Positions 1 through 12,809 of a stretch of DNA of 64,000 bases are shown piece after piece. Location: contig OX597826.1 of assembly GCA_951406725.2 (NCBI GenBank), forward strand, positions 52,948,001 through 53,012,000, given 5' to 3'. The notes below the pieces were generated by a model that was not told the origin of the DNA, ran no database searches, and saw only the letters and a program-made list of their open reading frames with translations. The translations under genes and the position numbers were made by a program. Within the stretch, counting starts at the first letter, position 1; every line of letters begins with the position of its first letter. The stretch is from Octopus vulgaris. Its lineage: Eukaryota.

Positions 1-64
1 TTTTACCATATGTGTCAACTTTCGTCGCCAGAAACGCTGAAATATTAGTGTGTGCGTGCGCGTG

Positions 65-108
<44 letters not shown>

Positions 109-461
109 TAGCTTCTGTATAATTCATAATTCTTTTTCACTCTCCTCCATTTGCTTTTGCCATATTGTTGATGTCAAATCGTATCTTGAAACAGATTTAA
201 CTCTAGCACTTTTGCCAGTGCAAGTGTTCCGTATTGGCAAAACTTCAAACAACGTATAGTTTTTAAATTTTATATCTTTATGTACGCATTATATATGCGA
301 ATGTGTATGTGTGTGTGAGTGTGTGTGTGTATGTGTGTGTGCTGGAACTATATATACTGAACATAGGGATAAATTAGGATCGCACAACTCTACTGAAGTG
401 AGATAAACACAAGGGACCTGAAATTATAGGGTCGATCATCGTTCCTTGGAAGCCATGCTGA

Positions 462-1375
462 AAGCAGGAACGAACTGGCTAGTCTGTTCCGGAGGACTTT
501 CCGTTCCGGAACTATCATGGATAATTTCCAGATGTCCATGGTTTGGCAGTGTTACCGGCGGGGAGTGGGGAGCTACTCGTTCGAGATAAACTCTACAGGA
601 ACGGATGTGCTGTTAGATGGGTTTGTCCGAGGTGCACGCAGAGTGACGAAACCTTTCTGCACGCCTTCGTTCGGTAACTGGGCATTGCTGGCTTGTGGGG
701 TTATGTTGAACAGCTGCTGTCGCGTGTGAGACGGATCTGGTTGTAAGCCGAGTCTATAGAGATGATCACACTGCCATCCTCCTTCAATCGGGCAGGCAAG
801 GCAGTTTTCCTATGCCTGGTGGCTGTGGCGAAAGAGGTTGTTTGGTGAACAAGGCTGAAAGACATGAAGACAGATACATTCCTCTTTGGTAGGGCTCTCA
901 TTGACTTCTTCAAGTTTCACTTGAAAAGGAAACTGTGAGTGGAGAGGGGAGTGTTGTCCTCGAGTAAGCTTATTGAAAGGTGAGTGAAAGTTTCAAAAAT
1001 GGCAAGAGTGGATGGTACCTCTCTAAGTGTAGACCTGTGAGTCGGAATGGGCGCTTGGGGTTTCAGGGAAATCTCGGCCGGTGGAGTTCTTCGATTATCC
1101 CTAGAGGCCTTACTGCATCAGGAGGACCACATCTCTACCATTCTCACCGCCACTTTTGTTTCTTTTTCTTATCTTGTTACCTTAAAAATATGCTATGAAC
1201 ATGTCCCTTCTTTTTCAGTTTATATCATGTATATTTAATTTCTTTCTTTCCTTTCCTAGCTTTTTTTAAAAATCATTTTATTATATGTAACCCCACGCTT
1301 ATATATCTGTCTTTGCATTGTCCCCTCACCCTTCACCCTCGTAGCAAATAAATGAAATCATCATCATCATCATCA
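462..1375 (+). mobile_element. 5'-truncated L1/Tx1-clade LINE remnant (ORF2 C-terminal zinc knuckle, 3'UTR, ATC tail)
   Basis: Manual translation with a frameshift and stops gives WQCYR..LLVRDKLYRNG..CPRCTQSDETFLHAFVR..LWGYVEQLL..VAVAKEVVW, matching the CCHC/zf-RVT region of Tx1-like ORF2. It is followed by a T-rich UTR, AATAAA near 1348 and (ATC)n. Confidence 0.7.
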
Positions 1376-1388
1376 TTATTTATTATTA

Positions 1389-1459
<71 letters not shown>

Positions 1460-1518
1460 TATTATCATTATTATTATTATTAAATCCGAGGCGTGGTTAT
1501 TGCTAGTTGAAATTATTA

Positions 1519-1567
<49 letters not shown>

Positions 1568-1600
1568 CATCATCATCATCATCATCAATATTATTATTAT
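1376..1600. repeat. (ATT)n/(ATC)n microsatellite block
   Basis: Read directly. Confidence 0.95.
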
Positions 1601-1602
1601 CC

Positions 1603-2647
1603 TGAGCTGATGAATTGGAGATGACTTCATACTCGCACAACATTCTGCAGAACGATGTTTTTTTTATATGGCTGCATTAACATTACCATGGATCCGGATC
1701 AAAAGCCCAACACCTGCTGCAGAAATCATTCCCCACGCCATTAAAACCCCACCTCCAAACTTCACAGATTTCTTCACGCATTTAGGGAGCAACCTTTAAC
1801 GTTTTTGACCTCTCGCGAATTGTCTAGTGTCGGAACCAATCAAATTCAACTTGCCTTTGTCACTGAATAACACCAGCGACCAGTTGTAGTCCATCCAAAG
1901 TACTAACTTCACCAGCAAAGACTAACCCGCTGGCAAAGACTAACCTCGCTTTTCAGCTCTTCATACTGATGAGAGGTTTAATGGTGGGGCAATGGGCATC
2001 AAGTCCGACTTCATTCAAGCGACGAGTCAATCTTCTGAGACACATTCATTCCGTAATCACGATATACTTGGTGAGAAACTGCTGCAGCAATATCGAAACT
2101 GTGTCTTAACAACAACCTCTGAATCTCATAGTCTTGCAGAACACTTATTTTCCGTGATCTAACTCGCTTTTTTAATGACGCAAATGAGGTTATTTCCTCA
2201 TAAAGCTTGAGTATTTTTGAAACAACGCTCTTTGAACTGTTAATGTCCCTGGCGGTAGCATAAATTGCCATTCTTTCTTTATTCATTATAACCACACGCT
2301 TCCTGAGGTTTTTATCAACTTTACGTCGGCTTTCCATAGTTGTTAATTCACTACTGCTCAATATAAACCTTCGTGCAGTTAGGTCAACGTAGTTTACATC
2401 GGTCGGAGTGTTGCCAGATTTTTGAATTTTACGTCATGCGTTCTCTAATTTTGTCGATCTTGTATTTTTCAAATAAGCATTATCTTTATAATATTTTCTC
2501 TATTATATTTTCTCTATTTAGTTATTAAACTCTTCCCACAGAATTTATTGTAAATAATGATATATAGTAAAAATCCCATTCGAAAAAATGAAATAGAAAT
2601 CTTATTTTATTTTTATTTTATTTTTCTAATTTTGGCCACTAATGTGT
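1603..2647 (-). mobile_element. Degenerate, 3'-truncated Tc1-like transposon
   Basis: ORF 2011-2361 has a paired-like HTH (ARDINSSKSVVSKILKLYEE). Downstream remnants read FSDKGKLNLIGSD and VKKSVKFGGG..WGMISAAGVG. A TIR-like end lies near 2625-2647. Confidence 0.75.
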
Positions 2648-2759
2648 ACACACACACACACACACATACATACACACACACACACAAGTGGAAGAAGAAA
2701 CTACTCAATGAATGATATGGGGCTTATATATTTTCTTATATATATAAATACACGTACGC

Positions 2760-2790
<31 letters not shown>

Positions 2791-4383
2791 CACTGGCAAA
2801 AATAAATTTAAGACCGATGATAAAAGTTCTATTTCTTACAAAATATTTTGTTACTAACACCATACAAATTATTTTTATCTTTTACACCTTATGCAGAATT
2901 TATTTCTATTTCGAATGATGCAGACAATGACTATTTTTATACAACTTGAAAAATTCTAATGCTACATTAATATAATCGTTTCAATTTTACCGGCAAAATT
3001 AGTTTAAGACCGTGTCATTATAATTTTATTTAAAGCTTAATATTGTAGCAAAAATGAGCAAAAAGAATGAAATACATATTAGTACTTTGTGCCGTAGCCT
3101 TTATTCTTAATAACGGCTGAACAACGCCTCGGCATTGAATTCTCTAAGTGATTACAAAATTCTATGTAATGTTTTGCCATATTTCATTGATATAATCGAA
3201 TAATTGTTTTAGATTAGATGGTCTTTTAGCATGGACTTTTATGGAAAAATAATTCCACAAGTTCTCGATCGGATTCAGGTCCGAGCTCTGGGGAGGCCAT
3301 TCAATTACGTCAATATCATGGTGATCAAAAAGTTCCGTAACCTTTTTGGCTTTGTGCATAAGACTATTGTCCTGCTGATAAATAGCCCCTGGAGGCATTT
3401 GGTGAGCCAAATATGGCACAACATTATCCTTCAGTAGATTTATATAACCTACACTATTTAGTTTTCCATCAACTTTAACTTTAGGGCCAACATCAAAGCT
3501 ACTAGTTGCTGCCCACACCATCACACGCCCACACCCGCTTGCGCCGTCTTTTTCAGGCATTTCGGATGGAATTCCTTTGTTGGGCGACGTTTGACGTATG
3601 TTTACCATCTGATCCAAATATACAGAAGCATGACTCGTCACTCCAAAAGACCCTGCACCAATCTTTGGCAGTCCATTGAGCATGACCTTTTGCGAAATTA
3701 AGGCGTTTGAGTCGATTTCGTTCGGATATTATTGACATTTTTCTAGCGATTCGTCCATGTGGTCCAAATTCTCTCAAACGGTTGCGGATGGTTTGTGGTG
3801 TAAAAATAACACCATTCTCATTGGACAATTGTTTACAAATGTCAACGGCTGTCAGCATTCGGTTGCCTTCTGAAAGTCGGTGGGGCGCCATTCCTTTGCC
3901 GATCTCTATATTGACCAGTCTCCCAGTATAACTTCCACGCTTGCACGCAAGCCGTTTTACTGCACTTTAGTTGCTTGGTGATGTTCGAAAAGGAAACTTT
4001 TTGCTGGTGGATTAATACGATGTTTGCTCTCGTGACTGGACTGAGGCTACGTTGCTTTTCCATTATAAATTGTATAATAACGTTAAATTATAGCACTATA
4101 TAGTGCAGTTAGGCTAGTTGTGTGACCACCCATTTTGGCAAAATAATTCGCTTACATATTACATGGTCTTAAACTAATTTTGCTCGGAGTATTTGAAACA
4201 TTTATATTAATTTAGCATTAGAATTCTTCAAGTTTTATAAACATTGTTATTGTCTGCATCATTCGAAAGAGAAATAAATTCTGCATAAGGTGTAAACGAT
4301 AAAAATAATTTGTATGGTGTTAGTAACAAAATATTTTGTAAGAAATAGAACTATCATCGGTCTTAAATTTATTTTCGCCCGTG
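2791..4383 (-). mobile_element. Near-full-length Tc1 (DD34E) transposon with ~225-bp IR/DR terminal inverted repeats
   Basis: TIRs 2791-~3015 and ~4161-4383 are reverse complements. TA flanks both ends (2789-2790, 4384-4385) within (TAGA)n. Each TIR carries outer (aaaataaatttaagaccg) and inner (aaaattagtttaagacc) direct repeats. Confidence 0.93.
3082..4063 (-). pseudogene. Frameshifted Tc1 transposase
   Basis: Split ORFs 3842-4063 (HTH), 3553-3891 (TIRNRLRE..WSDES) and 3162-3683 (QQDN..SSDLNPIENLW, 34 residues between D and E). Confidence 0.9.
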
Positions 4384-4554
<171 letters not shown>

Positions 4555-4824
4555 AGAGGCACACACACATACATACACACGCATAAGATCGAAAAATTCG
4601 ATTCTGTACCAAAAGACGCTCAAATAGTGTATTTTAAATTTAGTGAAATGTTAAGGTGAATCTATACAGGGAGAGAAGACCACCATGTGGTCTTCTTTCC
4701 GTCTGTAAATTTTATACACTCATATATATATTATAAAAATATTTATGTCTACTGACATTTTTTTACGCATGCAAGCCACTGGGATAAATTACTTCTTTTA
4801 ATAAATTTTACCCTTTATATATGT

Positions 4825-4903
<79 letters not shown>

Positions 4904-5140
4904 GTGTGTGTCTGTGTGTGTGTGTAACTGGAAATGTATTACAACCCCACTATGTTCCATGCTATTCTAAGAAATTGTAGTTTGCTTTTTACTTAGCGAC
5001 TCTTGCTACCATAACGACGACATGAATCTCTTCCATCTTCTTGCTCTGTTAAAATATCTAAGAAAATTTATATTAATGTATGCTACCTGTTGAAATGTAT
5101 CCTACCTGTTGAAATTCCATATATATATATATATATATAT

Positions 5141-5583
5141 ATACAATATAAGAAAATGGAGAAATACATCGAAATCAAATATCAATTACCAGATAATACT
5201 CAATCACATACTTTATTAAACCACTACATAAGAAACTATAAGGTTAAACATAATAATGCAGGGTAAAGCAGTGTACATGAAGGAGTGTACATAAAATAGT
5301 AATGTTATACAATAAGTAGAATACGTATAATAAAACATAAATATAAGTACACATAGATATAAATATAGACTATGTACTTATATTTATGTTCTATTATACG
5401 TATTCTACTTATTGTATAACATTACTATTTTATGTACACTCCTTCATGTACACTGCTTTACCCTGCATTATTATGTTTAACCTTATAGTTTCTTATGTAG
5501 TGGTTTAATAAAGTATGTGATTGAGTATTATCTGGTAATTGATATTTTATTTCGATGTATTTCTCCATTTTCTTATTTTGTAT
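5141..5583. repeat. Near-perfect fold-back palindrome (~210-bp arms, ~21-bp spacer)
   Basis: 5141-5351 is the reverse complement of 5373-5583. It starts at a (TA)n tract. Confidence 0.9.
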
Positions 5584-5879
5584 TATGAATTTGTGGTAAA
5601 ACATTTTACCTTTGCCCATATAATACAATAAATGAATTAATTGTATCGCAATTCTTAACATTTATGTATTAACTTTGTTGGGTACCTCACTAGCAGTATA
5701 TTGGATATATGGTATCCCATGGTGGGTTGCATTTATATATATGAAACAGAGAGAGGAAGAAATTTGTGTTTGGTTATTGTCAAAATTGTTTGTGTAAATG
5801 TATAATCTGTAACGTTGACAAATGTGTATGTGCGTGTATGAAGTAGAAAATTAAAACGTAATTAACCGTGATATATATA

Positions 5880-7492
5880 TATTAAAATATTGATGTATTT
5901 CGGGACGGTCATTTTTTGCTAAATAAACACGCGCACTGTATATTCGTTCTTCCCTCGTTTTTTACTGTTCTTATTCTAACTCATGTCCATTATCCGGAAA
6001 TCTTTCGTCACACCTCAGCGACACTTTCAGTCCTCGGGTGTGCCCTTGCTTCGATTATTCCATTCTGTTATTCTATGGTGCGTATCCTTATATACGCATG
6101 CGCTTGCGTCTGTGTTTGTGTGCGTGTGTGTATGTGTATATGTGTGTCATTGTTTTCAGTAGCACTATGACCATCCCTCATTGCCGTTACTGCTGCCCTT
6201 GAACCCGGCTTTTGGTACCGTTCTTGTATCTCTCTGTATTTGTGCGTTCGCCCAAGCTGTTACCATCATTGTTGTTGTTGTTGTTGCTATTGTTATTGTT
6301 ATTGCCATTGTTGCTACCACGGTTGCTGTTGTTGTTGGTCGTGTTTTTGATACTGTTATGGCCGTGTGTGAAGTTACTGTATGTGTGTTTGTGTGTATAT
6401 GGTTTCGCTTCCTGTATTTGTATCCTTTCCATTTATACGGTTTTTTTTATCTATTTCTATTTATTATATTTATCATAGTGTGTGCATATTTGTCTATTGT
6501 GTCTATTACACTGTTTGTATCTGTTTTTTCCTCCCTTTTGTCTTTAGTAGTCATGTTGAGTGGTGTGGTGGCGGGTGTTATTGTTCCATTCGTGTCTCCT
6601 GTTGAAGCTCGGTCTGCCTATTGTTATGTGTATATCCTCTGTGATCTGTCTAAGTATCGTGTCAGCTCTATGTTAACTTAACTTCTATGCTATTAACCGA
6701 GTCTCTATGTTCTGCTTGAGCATGTTGGTAGAGCACTAACGAGTCCTTCTCTGCCCCCTTGTCAGTGTTCACCTACACGCTCCCTTATGCTGCGTGTTGT
6801 CTCTCTAATGTGAGTAGTTGTCATGTTTCTGAACCGTCCCTCAGTACATCGTAAGCTATACACTATATTCCTAACCTTGCAGTTAACCTGCGGGTTCATC
6901 CTACATACAATACAACTGTTCTCCCTACATGAGCACCTATCAAAGGGATAAGTTCTACAGATCAGCGATTTTATGAGGGCACCAGACCTATCTATTACTT
7001 TAATCCATAGATTGGTCTTATCTAATGTTTTTCTAAAAAGGTATGCAACTTCGCCGCGAGGGGTAGCATCAACAAACACGACACTCTGTGACTTTTTGCT
7101 GTCATACCATTTTGCGCTGTTCCAGGATCTACTCCTGTACAGCGGGCAGATCCCCTTGCATCACTCTCTATGATGGTTTTGTACTTAACCCTGACTCCTT
7201 TGTACACTCTAATCCTGTTCCTTTGGTTGTAGCCAAAGAACTGCATGCAGTGGATAAAGTAAGTGTTGTATGCGTCTTTCCAATTCCATAGGATCGCACA
7301 TGCCTCATTACTCTCACCAAGTCTGCTATGAGAACATTGAATTTGGCGTTGTCTGCATTAGATGTATTCTTGTGAAGAAGGTATTTAGAGGCCATGGGTT
7401 TGGCATAATGTGAGTGAAGGATCTGGACCGTACTTTTCTTGGTTTCCAACCAGAGTTCAGTGTCTAAAACTGGTAGCCTATAGACACGGAAC
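5880..7492 (-). mobile_element. 5'-truncated Penelope-like element (RT C-terminus, GIY-YIG, pLTR)
   Basis: RLPVLDTELWLE..HYAKPMASKYL and CKVRNIVYSLRC..IRETTRSIRERVGEH are paralogous to the 34.9-36.2 kb PLE. The terminal 5880-6060 resembles 34296-34470. Confidence 0.85.
5994..6037 (-). ncRNA. Atypical or degenerate hammerhead-like motif in the PLE terminus
   Basis: Minus strand: ccgagga CUGAAAGU gucgc-ugaggu-gugac GAAA gauu UC cgg. Core is non-canonical and stem I is poor. Confidence 0.35.
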
Positions 7493-7521
7493 ATCAATTT
7501 TTCCTCTCACTGGTGATGCTT

Positions 7522-7760
7522 GGTTTCTTACAGCTGTGTGTGTGTTTGTGTGTCTGTGTTTGTCCCCCCAATATCGCTTGACAACCGATGCTGGTGTGTT
7601 TATGTCCCCGTAACTTAGTGGTTTGGCAAAAGTGACCGATAGAATAAGTAGTAGGCTTACAAAGAATAAGTCCTGGAACCGATTTGCTCGACTGAAGGTG
7701 GTGCTCCAGCATGGCCGCAATCAAATGATTGAAACAAGTAAAATAATAGAAGAATAAAGA
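7522..7760 (+). mobile_element. SINE 3' half (family of 39800-40230)
   Basis: Shares gatagaataagta..gatttgctcgact..ccagcatggccgca with 40080-40220. Confidence 0.75.
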
Positions 7761-7818
7761 CAAATAAGGAGAAAATAATGTACTATACTAAACAATGTGA
7801 TCAGTCAAAGTCTTTAGT

Positions 7819-8030
7819 CGGCGAGCTGGCAGAACCGTTAGCACGCCAGGCAAAATGCTTAGCGGCATTTCTTCTGTCTTTACGTTTTGGGTTCCAACTC
7901 CGTCGAGGTCGACTTTGCATTTCATCATTTCGGAGTCGATAAAATAAATAATAATTGAACACTGGGGTGATGTAAACAACTTACCCCCAACCGCGAAATT
8001 GTTGGCCTTGTGCCAAAAATTTGAAATCAA
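7819..8030 (+). mobile_element. tRNA-related SINE (ggcgagctggcagaa.. family)
   Basis: Similar to copies at 21243, 54705 and 60929. Confidence 0.8.
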
Positions 8031-8339
8031 TATTTTTGTAATTTATTTGCTTTATTCGTCATGTTTCAACGAAAAGAGTCTAGCATTCAAAGTAGAGGCT
8101 ATCGTGTTGCACCCTGTGAAGTCATCATTCTACCTGTTCCTTGATCCCACGCCCTCACTAAAGTTTCCACGTCCTCTTGGTTGATGAAGCTCGTGAGCGC
8201 AGGAGGTTAGCCATTGATGGGAACAAGAAATAATCTAAGGGAGCTACGTCCGCAATAAATACTAGGTCTGACGTCATTTCGATTCCTTCAAGTTACAGGA
8301 AGTTATTCTGCGTCGTTCTACTGGTATGAGTTCCTTCTT

Positions 8340-8825
8340 TGTCTTGCTGCAAAAGAGTTCGCTTCCTGATAACCAATGCCGGATATTTTTCCCGCACAAT
8401 GACTTACATCCACGAAATGCCGAGATTGTAAGATGTTCTCCGAATGCTACTCGCTGGATTTGCCTCTGTGGCTTGGCGCACAACCTCGGAATCCACGGTT
8501 TAGGCCTACCTGATCTTGCCTGGTCGTCGAGGTTCTTGCAGCCCGAGCGAAATTTCTTGAACCATTTGGTTACTATACTGTGATCAACCACGCCCTCACC
8601 TTTCGCAAAACAAATGTTTTGGGTGCGTCCCCGACATTATGGCCTATTTCAAACTCATGAAACGGGAGTTCCCGAATTAGACTACGTTGCTCGTTCATCT
8701 GTGCAGCTTTCAAATCACATACGGAGTAAAGCAATACGCAACGTGTCAGCGCACCAACTACTATGGTACTACGAATCTCAGCAGGTACCTTCCACAGCTT
8801 GAACTGTTTCGGTCACGTTATATAA
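8340..8825 (-). mobile_element. mariner transposase 5' remnant
   Basis: VTKWFKKFRSGCKNLDDQARSGRPK is the mariner N-terminal HTH/GRPK motif. Confidence 0.8.
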
Positions 8826-9559
8826 ACGCCACAAACAAGCACGTATGCTTATATAGCAAAATGTTTACTCGTCTAAATAAGACGTCTGTAAACATGTCTC
8901 GGAGGACAAGCAAAACAGATGATACAAAAGACATTAAAACCAAGCTAGAATGTGACAGACTTGGATAAAACATTTTTTAAATATAAACGTCATCCTCGCT
9001 ATTTCCTTTATTAGTAACATCAGAATCACCTAGAAGAATGGATATAGCGAACCATTAACCAAGAAGAACAAATTTTGTTTTTCTACAATAATCGTGATAG
9101 CGTCATTTCATATATTGATTTGTCGACAGAAACTGAAGTTTAGCACTAGTAAAATTATCTTAAAGCCTTAAGGAAATTTTCTATATGGAAGAAACATCAA
9201 CAAGTTAAACAAATAAAATCTGGCTAATTTTTTAAACTAATTCACTTCAACCCTGCGGCATTTGCTAATCCTGTCGATAATGTTGATTTCCCACATACTG
9301 TTGATTTACTCCATACTCCGTTAGCTAAGTTTTCTGTGTGTACGAGGCAACAACTAGTAGAATACCATAGCTTTATATAGACATAACAAAGTATCACCTC
9401 TCCCTCAAACCCCTCATCAAGTTTAGCTATTATCTACAACAGGTAAATAAAATTCAAAATATACGGTGTTAACTTTTTTTAAACCTTTGCATATTGTAAT
9501 ACTAAATCACAGTATCACAGTATCAACCAGTACATCAGATGTTGTTAAACGCCACTGGT

Positions 9560-10640
9560 CTCTATGCGCTTCAAAATTTGTCTTGATTGCGCCATTTTTC
9601 CACTCGACCCAAATTACTTAACAAAGTCGTGTTCGCATCATTGTGGAGGCCTTCCAGTTGGTGTTTCCGATCTCTTGGATATCACTCGGAAACTGCATGG
9701 CTCCACTTTTCTGTTAATCTTGCGATACGTCCGGCCAAACGGAACTTGTGCTTTCGGTAAAATATGATCACATTGTTCACGCTGCTCTGTTTTCGAATTA
9801 TCTCATTTCGAATGTACTCTCTTAATGATATTCCTAGCGTGAACTTTTCCTTGGCCCTTTGCGTTGTAGTCAATTGATGTTCTATCTTCTTCGTAGTAAT
9901 TTTCATCTCACTTGCATCTAAGATCATAAGCAGGACGCTGTTATTGAAGAGTCTGGCACTTACGGCATTGTCTGTCTTTGTTTTGAGTACATCCTTTATT
10001 GAGCTATATGCCTTCCATCCTGCCCTTAATCTCTTTGAGATGTCAACTTCTATATCTCGGCGTTGTTTCACTGTCTGCCCTAAGTAGACGTAAGCTTCTA
10101 CCTCATCGATTTCATCGTTTCCCACCTCTATTCGGCCTTGAGCTATGCCTTCCGACCGCATGCGTACATTAGACCGCTAAGCTCTGAGTATCCGGCTTTG
10201 TTAGTATGGCCTGCAGCTGGTCTGTCATTTCAGCGATTAGTACATCTGTGAATTGGAGGTATGTTAGTTGCTCACCATTGATGTTTACGCCACCTATCCA
10301 GGCAATGTCCTTGATGACCTGTTCTACACATGCGGTAAAGATCTCTGGAGATATGGTATCTCTTTGTTTCATTTCCTTCTCTGGACAGTTTCATGTATGG
10401 CGCCTCGATACCTTGTGTTTCCAGAGATGTCAATATTGCTTTCATCTCGAAGCTATAGGAAGGCCTTTTCGTAAACAACAAAAGCGATACACAGAAGCTT
10501 GTATTCGTCCGCTCATTCTATAAGCTGTGTTTAGAGAGAGTAAATATGTGATCTATTGTACCATAGTCTTTACACAAACCGTTTTGTTCCCTCGGCTGTT
10601 GGTCGTCGAGATGTTTTGATGGTCTGGTGAAACTAACTTT
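9560..10640 (-). mobile_element. Degenerate RTE-clade LINE reverse transcriptase
   Basis: QPREQNGLCKDYGTIDHIFTL, KQRDTISPEIFTACVEQV, LTYLQFTDVLIA, EVEAYVYLGQ, RLRAGWKAY, RLAGRIAR. Confidence 0.85.
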
Positions 10641-11247
10641 TGAAAATAGGTTATAAGTGACGCTGTTAAATAAATTTATAAAATATATTTTTTTTAAATC
10701 ACATTTATATTCAGCATACAATGTACATATTTCTAATATCGTATATATATATAAAAATTTAAAACTTACCATCAGTTAATGCGAGTCAGGTGGTTAAAGT
10801 AGACACAGTTTTTCTCTAATAATTTGGCTTCCAAGAGTTCATTGCGCGCGCGCGCACATACACACACAACCACACATATAAACATTCAAGCACATACGCA
10901 TATATGATACCTTTATATATGTATGTAGAAGTCTGCGTGCGCGCGTGCGCGAGGGAGTATGTGTGTATGCGGTATCCAGAAATCCTTATGCCTCGAGAAG
11001 TATTTAAGTCGAAAACGAAAAACATGGAATAAATCGTCTTCATAATTTTGTCTATTCTTTTTAAAATTTTAGTCCATGAAAATGTCTTTATTTTAAAAAA
11101 TGTAATGTTTTGAAATTAAATACCGTTCTCGAGTCCCGAAGCACAACTCAAAAATTTTCCATTTCTATATTACCACCACCACGATTTAAGTCTTCAACAA
11201 GTTATATTGTGTCTGAAATTTCAACAGAGGCAGTTAATTCGAAAATG

Positions 11248-11325
<78 letters not shown>

Positions 11326-11339
11326 CCAATACATATATA

Positions 11340-11481
11340 TTGTTTTATTCTTTTACTAGTTTCAGTCATTTGACTGTGACCACGCTGAAGCACTGCCTTA
11401 AGTCGAACGAATCGACCCCAGCACTTATTGTTTGTAAACTTGGTACTTATTCTATAGGGGTCTTTTGCCGAACCGCTAAGT

Positions 11482-11527
<46 letters not shown>

Positions 11528-11660
11528 ACATGCTTCTTTCAACCAAATCCACTGACAAGGCTTTGGTCAGCCCTAAGCTATCATAGAAGAAACTTACCCA
11601 AGGTGTCACGCAATGGGACTGAACCCGGGAAGCAAGCATCTTACCACACACCCACGCCTG
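11340..11660 (-). mobile_element. tRNA-derived SINE with internal (TA)n
   Basis: Reverse complement of the 39800 family (gtgtggtaag..ggttcagtccca). Confidence 0.8.
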
Positions 11661-11694
<34 letters not shown>

Positions 11695-11714
11695 CACCGT
11701 GATCACCGTGAGAA

Positions 11715-11990
11715 ATACGAAGGTTGTGGTCAATGAAGAGAGTAGACGTGATACCAATAGTAACTGGCGCACTTGAAAGTATCAGAACTTAGCTACTAAT
11801 ATGGCTCAAAAAGATTGGCACAAATGTAAAGGCAGAAGACCTACAAAAATCAGCATTACTTGGACATGCAAGAATTCTTCGCAGGGTTCTTGCAGCATGA
11901 CCAGTAAACAAGTGTCACCTTTGTCTATTGGCTGTGGACAGCTGACACTTCCCATCATACCCAGCAAATTAAGCTGAGAGTTTTCATCGA
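11715..11990 (+). mobile_element. R4/Dong-like RLE LINE 3' end followed by (TAA)n
   Basis: EIRRLWSMKRVDVIPIVTGALE..LQKSALLGHARILRRVL, then a long (TAA)n. Confidence 0.75.
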
Positions 11991-11996
11991 ATAATA

Positions 11997-12552
<556 letters not shown>

Positions 12553-12595
12553 TAATAATAATAATAATGATAATAACACCAACAACAACAATAAT

Positions 12596-12775
12596 AATCT
12601 TCTCTACTCTAGGCACAAGGCCTGAAATTTTGGAGGAGAGGGCCAGTCGATTAGATCAATCCCAGTACGCAACTGGTAATTTATTTATCGACCCAGAAAG
12701 GATGAAATGCAAAGTCGACCTCGGTGTAGTATGAACTCAAAACGTAAAGACAGACGAAATACCGCTAAGCATCGG
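12596..12775 (-). mobile_element. SINE (ggcgagctggcag family)
   Basis: aggcacaaggcctg..tcgaccc..aaagtcgacctcgg matches other copies. Confidence 0.75.
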
Positions 12776-12809
12776 TCAACGAACACCTACGTACAGTAGT
12801 ACAGTATCT

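Noticed and set aside
6181-6681. 166-aa hydrophobic, membrane-protein-like ORF
   Set aside because: Antisense of a low-complexity PLE 3' UTR rich in GTT/GT repeats.
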